A stretch of DNA of 40,000 nt from Candidatus Bathyarchaeia archaeon (GTDB lineage Archaea > Thermoproteota > Bathyarchaeia > 40CM-2-53-6), in NCBI GenBank assembly GCA_049517415.1, contig JBEKSC010000008.1, positions 1-40,000 on the forward strand, in the 5' to 3' direction. Positions 17,783 to 24,071 of the stretch are shown here, piece after piece. Position numbers and translations under genes: made by a program. The first letter of the stretch is position 1; every line of letters starts with the position of its first letter. The notes beneath the pieces are model-generated. The model was not told where the DNA came from and searched no databases. It saw only the letters and a program-made list of their open reading frames with translations.

Positions 17783-18727
17783 CTACTTAGCACGTTTTGG
17801 CATCCAGAATAGGTAGTACATGAGGTAGAATGCCGCGATTCCGCTGAAAGGAGAGAATTTGCTTAGAAGTCGTCGAACTTCATTTGAGCCAATTCGCTTG
17901 CCTTTGAAATACGCTTGTGAGATTGCGCGTTGAATTCCTAGGTCGTCAGCAGGCAATGAATTCACCCTTCCCATGCCCCGAATCAACGTATATTCCGCAG
18001 TCCAAGGACCAACGCCCCTAATCTTGGTTAGCTCTGCAATCGCCGTCTCATCATCCATCCTCCTTAGACCTTCAAGGTCTAACTCCTTGCCTTCAACTTT
18101 CTTGGAAAGTTCACTTATGTACAATGCCTTATTCCTACTGAGCCCAACAGCCATCATTTGGTTCAGCTTTGCTTTCGCTAAAACCGCGGGAGTTGGAAAG
18201 GCATAGAAGCTTCTTCCCTCGAACTCCACACTCTCTCCATACTTCTCAATCAGGCGAGAGCGTACCGCTGCTGCAGCCTCGAGTGAAATCTGCTGCTCGG
18301 TAATGGCGATTACCAAGGCTTCAAAAATAGTCGGCGGTGAAACAGCTCTCAGCCCTCTGAGCTTCCATGAAACAATACTCATCAATCGGTCTTTCTTAAC
18401 AAACGAATAGAACTTGTCAAAATCAAACGAAGCTGCAAACATCGTATGCAGTAGTCTCTTCAATGCTTTAACTTCCTGAGCCAACAAACCTGGGTGAGCT
18501 TCCACGCTAAGACGTGGTTTTTCGATGGTTCCCTTGGATGTAACTAGGACAAGGACTGGATTCTCAGCAAGGTGAAGAACTCTTTTGTAAACACCGTTTT
18601 CATATACGTCTGGAAGGCTTTTCTCAAACCGACAGTGAATCCCCGCGCTTCTTTCAAAGTCGAATGGGGATTCGGGAAAAATGAAGAAACCTGTTTTGGA
18701 ACCAGTGATTCTGAGGGTCTTATCCAT
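17783..18727 (-). CDS. HhH-GPD superfamily DNA glycosylase (AlkA/Ogg-like)
   Basis: LTKIRGVGPWTAEYTLIRGMGRVNSLPADDLGIQRAI contains the HhH-GPD motif with the catalytic Asp. ALVIAITEQQISL is also present, and the N-terminal domain is AlkA_N-like. Confidence 0.8.
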   Translation of the reverse strand: MDKTLRITGSKTGFFIFPESPFDFERSAGIHCRFEKSLPDVYENGVYKRVLHLAENPVLVLVTSKGTIEKPRLSVEAHPGLLAQEVKALKRLLHTMFAASFDFDKFYSFVKKDRLMSIVSWKLRGLRAVSPPTIFEALVIAITEQQISLEAAAAVRSRLIEKYGESVEFEGRSFYAFPTPAVLAKAKLNQMMAVGLSRNKALYISELSKKVEGKELDLEGLRRMDDETAIAELTKIRGVGPWTAEYTLIRGMGRVNSLPADDLGIQRAISQAYFKGKRIGSNEVRRLLSKFSPFSGIAAFYLMYYLFWMPKRAK

Positions 18728-18779
18728 GAGTTGCTCGTAGCACGCTGAGAGAGTTACATGTTAAGTATTTGTGGATCTT

Positions 18780-18897
18780 GGCCACTTTAGTCGCACACAC
18801 TTCCTAGCGATTACGGTTCAAATTTGCCTGCTCGCACCAGCTGACCCACACACACTTTCTATGACGAACGACGACGGCGGCCTTTTGGGGTCTTTCC
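18780..18897 (+). repeat. Island repeat, copy B
   Basis: The copy contains GCACACACTTCCTAGCGA, TTACGGTTCAAATTTGCCTGCTC, CGCACCAGCTGACCCACACACAC and TTTCTATGACGAACGACGACGG. That is two tandem sub-units with a period of about 55 nt. Confidence 0.7.
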
Positions 18898-19872
18898 GAG
18901 GATCTTACAAAGTTCGACGAAACTGCTTATGGCCAATGGAATACCCACTCCGAGGTAAAGCGAAGAGAAGAATATAGATTGGTCACGTTGTGTAACTAAA
19001 TTCGTAATCTGAAAATCAACTAACACAAAACTACCAGAGGCGTAAAGTGGGCTCGCTCTACTAATATCCCACTGGTACCACAGATTTCCTCCAGAGGCGA
19101 AAATGTTGTCTTCAGTCGGCGATGATTCAATTATGGCACCAGCAGGTTGCGCCACGTCCAGAACGTAACTCTCGCTGTCAAATTGGTTGAGAGGAGTTAC
19201 AGGACCAGGTACTATGTTCTAGATTGCAGGGCCGTAGTCGAACCGGTTGGTCAACTCGTATGTGGAGTAGGAATTCCGCAAGAGTGGCGTTTTAATGATA
19301 ATTGTCGCATTGAACCAAAAGAAATCATAAGACGTGTTATGATTTATCATACGATTTGCGCGAACCCAGAAATATGATAAGCCTGTTGCTTTGTCGAATC
19401 CCGGAGAGTAAGTAAAGTTAGGATTAGGATATCTGCTACTCATGCTTGTACCGAAAGAGCTCATTGGAGTCAGCGTCTTTTGCATGCTGAAAGATACATC
19501 CCAATCCAGTATTGTCGCAGAAGAATTGTATGGAATCTCAGCTCCGAACACTATCTGGCTCGAGTTGAACTGCGTTTTGAAGGAGCACGATATGGAAAGA
19601 ACTGCAGCGTTGAGATCTGGCCTTATCCCGTAGACCATAACTGCAACTCTTGTTGAGGTGATTCCGTAATTCCCGGCCAGAGTTGGATAATGTGAGGCGA
19701 AAATAGCTAACCCGTAAGATGAGGATGCAGGCGCATTACTAGGGAAGTTGAAAACGTTCTGTAGGCCCGTGGATCCACAGAAAGCAAGTACGATACCACT
19801 AAAGAGAAAAATGAGCAGGAGATAAGGCACTCTCCGGTTGACGACTCTTCCGAAGCTATCTATGCTAACCAT
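18859..19872 (-). pseudogene. Surface/membrane protein gene interrupted by one in-frame TAG (19219-19221)
   Basis: ORFs 19219..19872 and 18859..19155 are in the same frame. Read-through gives ...DYGPAI*NIVPGPVTPLNQFDSESYVLDVAQPAGA... The product has an N-terminal signal anchor (LLLIFLFSGIVLAFC) and a C-terminal TM plus basic tail (KGRRRRSS). No domain was recognised. Confidence 0.5.
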
Positions 19873-20029
19873 CTAACCGAGACCCTGTTATTAGACCTGA
19901 ATAGTCCCTATAGCCACTAATGAATCGACCAGTGTCAATAACGTACGATTTAGGCTTACACGCCTACAATCATCCCCCAGCAGGAACTGCAATCGCCAAG
20001 CTAATTCAGCATGAACCGGGGGGGAATCT

Positions 20030-20130
20030 CAGCGTACACATGGAAACCCTTACGTGGACTTGTGGGTCTAGTGGTGCGCGCGCACACACTTTCCAACGAC
20101 AAACGACGACGGGTCGAATTTTGCTGCTCT
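20030..20130 (+). repeat. Island repeat, copy C (core-1 segment inverted)
   Basis: TGTGGGTCTAGTGGTGCGC is the reverse complement of core-1 in copies A, B and D. It is followed in direct orientation by GCGCACACACTTTCCAACGACAAACGACGACGGGTCGAATTTTGCTGCTC. Confidence 0.7.
20061..20087. repeat. Left inverted repeat bracketing the cas1 module
   Basis: TGTGGGTCTAGTGGTGCGCGCGCACAC matches the reverse complement of 22868-22894 at 24 of 27 positions without gaps. Confidence 0.7.
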
Positions 20131-20181
20131 TACCGAAGTTTTTTATGGATTCATTACGCACCTTTAGCTGGGTTTGATGTA

Positions 20182-20448
20182 ATGAACATGAAGTTGATGG
20201 TTCTTGTTTCTGTTGTTGCTGGTTTGGTGATTACGCTGATCACCGGGTTGGTTGATGTGACGCCTATGCACCTGGTGGGTGCAACTTGGCATGGTTGGCC
20301 GCTCCCTTGGTTCTATGTAATTGTCTACCCAGGCTCACCGATCTCGGTTAATTGGCTCAACTTAATCGGTGATATCATCGTCTGGTTTGTCATAGTCCTC
20401 GCAGTTGCCTTAGTGATTTCGAAATTCAAGAAGACGTCCAAAACTTAG
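20182..20448 (+). CDS. Small membrane protein, at least two predicted TM segments (88 aa)
   Basis: The protein reads MNMKLMVLVSVVAGLVITLITGL...WHGWPLPWFYVIV...IIVWFVIVLAVALVISKFKK. The start is placed at ATG 20182 because the upstream part of the ORF crosses repeat C. Confidence 0.5.
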   Translation: MNMKLMVLVSVVAGLVITLITGLVDVTPMHLVGATWHGWPLPWFYVIVYPGSPISVNWLNLIGDIIVWFVIVLAVALVISKFKKTSKT

Positions 20449-20549
20449 GATGCATTCGAGGTAACGATCGGAATCCGCTGAGCCCATGGCACAATTCGTC
20501 CCGAGAAGGGTGAGGCTCAGAGAGGGGGGCAGGGGATTCTGACCCCAAT

Positions 20550-20741
20550 TTAGCGGTACACATAGCCTTGCAGTGAAGCAACGGAACAATGCGAGTTCAA
20601 ATTCCGATGCTCGTACCAGAAGGCGGCCCCTCCATCTGAGGTCAGGTCGCCCACTAAAGCCACAACATCCGGTCGAATTCTATCTACCCGTTCTTCGTAT
20701 CCTTCCCATTTCACAACATCAGAGAAGGCAAGTATCTTCAT
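20550..20741 (-). CDS. Short ORF resembling the N-terminus of a metallophosphoesterase (probable remnant)
   Basis: MKILAFSDVVKWEGYEERVDRIRPDVVALVGDLTSDG resembles the MKILxxSDxH...PDxVxxxGDL motifs but lacks the His and ends after 63 aa. ATG 20741 lies 6 nt downstream of the cas1 stop codon (20750-20752). The TTG 20759 version overlaps cas1. Confidence 0.35.
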   Translation of the reverse strand: MKILAFSDVVKWEGYEERVDRIRPDVVALVGDLTSDGGAAFWYEHRNLNSHCSVASLQGYVYR

Positions 20742-20749
20742 CGAGCCCA

Positions 20750-21964
20750 CTAGGTCCAACCGCCAAGCTTCGTCATGACGGGTTTGTAGATGGTGAATTG
20801 GTCTTTACAGGCGTTCTTGCGCAAATATTGAAGGGTGCTCTTTCCAATCCCAAGGCGTCTTGCCTTGGAGCCGGTCAGTGCAAGAATCCTAGCTCGCACT
20901 TCTCGGTCATCACTCCTCTGCAGCCTCGGAGCGGGTTCTGCAAAATCAAGCGTGAGTGATTTCTCGAGTAGAAATCGGCCCAGCTCGTTGGTCTTCTGCT
21001 CAATAACAGTATCCCATTTCAGAACTCGGTGTTTGCATGCTACGCCAGCGTTGAATCGCTCACGAATGAGATCGATGAAGCGCTGCTTCGCTTCAACCTC
21101 GAAACGGTATCGGTAATCGTCCCCTGTGAAGTAGAAGTCGGATAGGTTCAAGGCTTCAGACTGGAATGCCGCGATGACCGAAATGTCAGATAGCCACCTG
21201 AACGGCTCCTGTAAATCATACACTAAAGACTGCTTTGTCTGATAGTCGCTGACATCATGAAAGAAACCGACCGAGGGTTCCAGGCCGACCGCGTTTATTG
21301 CTCGTCGACATTCACCCTCTAGGAAACCATAACCGTAGTTTAGGGCCAAGTTCACGGGATCTGAGGCGTTGTTCTGGTGGCTTGAAGTCATTCGCTCTTG
21401 GAAATCCAAGTGCTCGGGCATCACTTTCCCGAATGCTTCCCAGTATCTCCTAGCTACACGTCCTTCGACAGTTCGTAGGTCTGGCACTGTGGAGGCTCTT
21501 CTGAGCTTTGATGCCTCAAGCTTCGTTACTTGAATCTCCCTAGGAATATCATACCGCTCGGCCAACCAATCAAGAACTTGCAGACTCCTCTCAATTTTCG
21601 CTTGAACGAGCGCTCTGGCTATGCTGAACTTCTTCTTCGGATCGTTCGCAGCTAGAATTTGTGCAGCCCGCAGATCGGCCTTAACAGGCATTGGAGGCAG
21701 AACACTAGAAATCAGACTTCCATCGAAGTTCATGATGAAGACAGGAACCTTATGCTTCGACAGCCAGTGAAACGCTTGGAGAGAAATGTACCCACTGTGC
21801 CCATCGATGATGATGGTGCCGTAAGGGAAACGTCGCGGACGAAAACGGTGCGTAGATTCTGCTCTGTCATCTTCTCGCCAGTTGATGACCTCAAGTTCAG
21901 ATCTTGACTTGAGACTGTTAACGCGGATCTTGGCGCCCCAACCGGATAGATGAAGCGGATTCAA
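20750..21964 (-). CDS. cas1: Cas1 family integrase, stand-alone, casposase-like with a C-terminal HTH
   Basis: The Cas1 motifs are RTVEGRVARRYWEAF (Glu), ASDPVNLALNYGYGFL, VGFFHDV (His) and SLVYDLQEPFRW (Asp/Glu). The C-terminal HTH reads ARRLGIGKSTLQYLRKNA. Length is 404 aa. Confidence 0.85.
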   Translation of the reverse strand: MNPLHLSGWGAKIRVNSLKSRSELEVINWREDDRAESTHRFRPRRFPYGTIIIDGHSGYISLQAFHWLSKHKVPVFIMNFDGSLISSVLPPMPVKADLRAAQILAANDPKKKFSIARALVQAKIERSLQVLDWLAERYDIPREIQVTKLEASKLRRASTVPDLRTVEGRVARRYWEAFGKVMPEHLDFQERMTSSHQNNASDPVNLALNYGYGFLEGECRRAINAVGLEPSVGFFHDVSDYQTKQSLVYDLQEPFRWLSDISVIAAFQSEALNLSDFYFTGDDYRYRFEVEAKQRFIDLIRERFNAGVACKHRVLKWDTVIEQKTNELGRFLLEKSLTLDFAEPAPRLQRSDDREVRARILALTGSKARRLGIGKSTLQYLRKNACKDQFTIYKPVMTKLGGWT

Positions 21965-21966
21965 AC

Positions 21967-22413
21967 CTAATGCCCTCCCTGTCTACTTTCATATTCCTTG
22001 AGCTTCTGGTCGGCCAACTTGCCTGCTTCCTTCAATCGTTGTATCTCTCTTTCAGTAGGCCTTGATCTCGTCTTTGTGTTTGCACGGGCCACTATTGATT
22101 GCCAGCGTTCGTTGAGATATCCTACAGCGAAGCTTTCGCCTACAGGACTTGTAAGGAATTCAACGAATTTATCGGGATCGACTGCGAATGCCAACACTAT
22201 TAATCCGTAGTTGCTGAAGCAAGATTTCCAACCTTTTTTCAACTGTTCAGCATCGAGCCAGTTCCTTTTCGCTGAGAACATACTCTCAGCGAGGAAAGCC
22301 GTATACCGGGTTGAGGACCAGTGGGTCAATGCATACTTTAGGTACAGCGACCTTTCGTTAACCATTGTCAATCTAGAGTACGGTCTCATTGCAGTTGACT
22401 CAGGAGTCCTCAT
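21967..22413 (-). CDS. Hypothetical protein (148 aa) immediately upstream of cas1
   Basis: The ORF ends 2 nt before the cas1 start, which is an operon-like arrangement. I recognised no motif. It is not Cas2-like or Cas4-like. Alternative starts lie at M9 and M17. Confidence 0.5.
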   Translation of the reverse strand: MRTPESTAMRPYSRLTMVNERSLYLKYALTHWSSTRYTAFLAESMFSAKRNWLDAEQLKKGWKSCFSNYGLIVLAFAVDPDKFVEFLTSPVGESFAVGYLNERWQSIVARANTKTRSRPTEREIQRLKEAGKLADQKLKEYESRQGGH

Positions 22414-22744
22414 GCTATCACATGGCGATCCAATATCTTCGATGCTGAATAGCGCGTTCTTGCATCGAGTAATGAACTATCTCGCTGACTGGTCACCGTT
22501 CAAAACAAACAGTTATCCAAACGATGGTCTGAAACTGTACTCCGAGACAGGGAAAATGCTTAACGCCATTTTTGTGAGAGTTGCGGATGGCAAGACCTGG
22601 CACATTGCCTTTCATCTCAAGCCGGAAACGTCAACCGACGCGATCAAACCTGACATGGTCAAGCTACTCTCAATGCTAGCATCTTTAGGTTTGGTGAAGA
22701 ACCCTGTTGTGAGAGAACGAGTGGGTAAGAAACCTTGGATATGA
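22412..22744 (+). CDS. Hypothetical protein (110 aa)
   Basis: The first ATG of the ORF gives MLSHGDPISSMLNSAFLHRVMNYLADW... The composition is protein-like. The longer TTG 22211 version overlaps the 148-aa gene. No motif was recognised. Confidence 0.45.
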   Translation: MLSHGDPISSMLNSAFLHRVMNYLADWSPFKTNSYPNDGLKLYSETGKMLNAIFVRVADGKTWHIAFHLKPETSTDAIKPDMVKLLSMLASLGLVKNPVVRERVGKKPWI

Positions 22745-22844
22745 TATTAGTGATAGACAGACTGAACAAGTGTGAGAGACCGTTCTCCGAACGAGAATGA
22801 ACCATCTCCAATTTTCTCCTCGACACACAAAGCGACGCTGCCAG

Positions 22845-22950
22845 AATTAGATTCGGTCGTCCGTCTAGTGTGTGTGCGCACCATTAGACCCACACCCTTT
22901 CTAACGACGCTGGTCCAAATTACGACTCTCGCAAGCACTAGGTCCACAAT
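22845..22950 (+). repeat. Island repeat, copy D (imperfect palindrome plus direct unit)
   Basis: The sequence reads AATTAGATTCGGTCGTCCCGTCTAGTGTGTGTGCGC | GCGCACCATTAGACCCACACCCTTTCTAACGACGCTGGTCCAAATT. The left arm is an inverted partial unit. A second core-1-like GCAAGCACTAGGTCCACA lies 55 nt further on. Confidence 0.7.
22868..22894. repeat. Right inverted repeat bracketing the cas1 module
   Basis: The reverse complement is TGTGGGTCTAATGGTGCGCACACACAC. It matches 20061-20087 at 24 of 27 positions. Confidence 0.7.
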
Positions 22951-23168
22951 GAAGGAAAACGCGATAGTTGGACAGTTGAAATCACAGATAACGCAAATGG
23001 CGACTGCCAACTCTACAGGAGGCTGATTGGAATAATTTGATTGGATTGACGAAGAGTCTTACTTCTTCGCCGATTGCTTAGCGTAGGCCGCCAAACCACC
23101 ATCCGACACGCCATAATACTTAACCATTTGACTAAGCTTTTGCCATAAAGCTTTGCCAATTCAAAGCG

Positions 23169-24071
23169 GTGCAGAATTTCTTGGAAAATCTAACCTTTCA
23201 CACCTCAAAGATTGATAATTTCTCAGGCTTTTCAAAACCATTAGACGAGGCGCGCTACGTGGTGGTAGGTGTCCCATACGATCACACAAGTACATATCGA
23301 GCGGGGTCACGTTTCGCCCCACGAACAATTCGCGATGCATCATTGAACATTGAGACCTATAGCCTCCGAACGGCAATCGACATCGAAAACGTTCCAATAC
23401 ACGATGCAGGAGACCTGCATATAGTCGATAATGCTTCTGAAACACTCGACAGGCTAAAAGGGGTTACAAAGGACATTCTAGCCCTTGGGAAGATGCCAGT
23501 CATCATCGGCGGAGAGCACACAATCACTCAAGCTCCAGTCCGTAGCCTTCCGCACCCTGTCGGGGTTGTTAGTTTTGATGCCCACGGCGACCTGAGGGAT
23601 GAATATGGTGGCGGAAAATTATCCCACGCCACAGTCTTGAGGCGCATTACCGAGATTGTTGGGACGGATAGCGTTTTCGTATGCGGTCTGCGAGCCCTAT
23701 GCAAAGAAGAGGTAGATTTTATTGAACTAGGGAAAGTCCAGACGATGACGCCATGGGAAATTAGGGAGAAAGGCTTAGCCAAGGCGACGGAACGCATCAA
23801 AGCCTTTGCTCAAAAGTTCAAACACACATACCTTACCATAGATACTGATGTCTTAGACCCAGCCTTTGCACCCGGGGTCGCAAACCCTGAATTCGATGGC
23901 TTAACGCCTCAGGAACTCCTGACACTAGCCACCGCTGTGGTTGACGAAAAAATGGTCGGCTTCGACCTCGTGGAGGTATGTCCAAACTATGATACCGGCG
24001 TCACTTCCGTAGCTGCCGCCCGTCTTATCTTCGAAGTTATCGCCAAAGCAGAGAAATCGAGACAGCACTAA
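23169..24071 (+). CDS. speB: Agmatinase (arginase/ureohydrolase family)
   Basis: GGEHTIT, DAHGDLRDEY, SHATVLRR and DTDVLDPAFAPGV are the Mn-binding motifs. The start codon is GTG. Confidence 0.85.
   Translation: MQNFLENLTFHTSKIDNFSGFSKPLDEARYVVVGVPYDHTSTYRAGSRFAPRTIRDASLNIETYSLRTAIDIENVPIHDAGDLHIVDNASETLDRLKGVTKDILALGKMPVIIGGEHTITQAPVRSLPHPVGVVSFDAHGDLRDEYGGGKLSHATVLRRITEIVGTDSVFVCGLRALCKEEVDFIELGKVQTMTPWEIREKGLAKATERIKAFAQKFKHTYLTIDTDVLDPAFAPGVANPEFDGLTPQELLTLATAVVDEKMVGFDLVEVCPNYDTGVTSVAAARLIFEVIAKAEKSRQH

Larger units (their letters stand above)
20061..22894. mobile_element. Candidate PolB-less casposon-like element (cas1 module between inverted repeats)
   Basis: A 2.8-kb segment bounded by the 27-nt inverted repeat carries casposase-like cas1 plus four small or unknown ORFs. 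It sits inside an accessory island between core genes. No clean target-site duplication was seen. Mobility is a hypothesis. Confidence 0.35.

Noticed and set aside
19219-19221. The in-frame TAG could encode pyrrolysine.
   Set aside because: No pyl genes are in the window. The gene set looks TACK-like rather than Methanosarcinales- or Methanomassiliicoccales-like. TAG is used as an ordinary stop elsewhere here, for example by cas1.
17643-22950. The island could be an integron, with the repeats acting as attC sites.
   Set aside because: No IntI-type tyrosine recombinase lies in or next to the island. The RYYYAAC/GTTRRRY core sites are not matched (the copies read TTCCAAC and TTCTAAC). Gene orientation within the cassettes is mixed.
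17574-23026. ORFs 17574..17816, 18771..18977, 19920..20177 and 22772..23026 give related peptides (for example LPAPVDSHTRFSTTND and LLAPADPHTLSMTND).
   Set aside because: The similarity comes from translating the shared DNA repeat. The ORFs differ in frame, length and context, overlap better-supported genes, and have odd composition.
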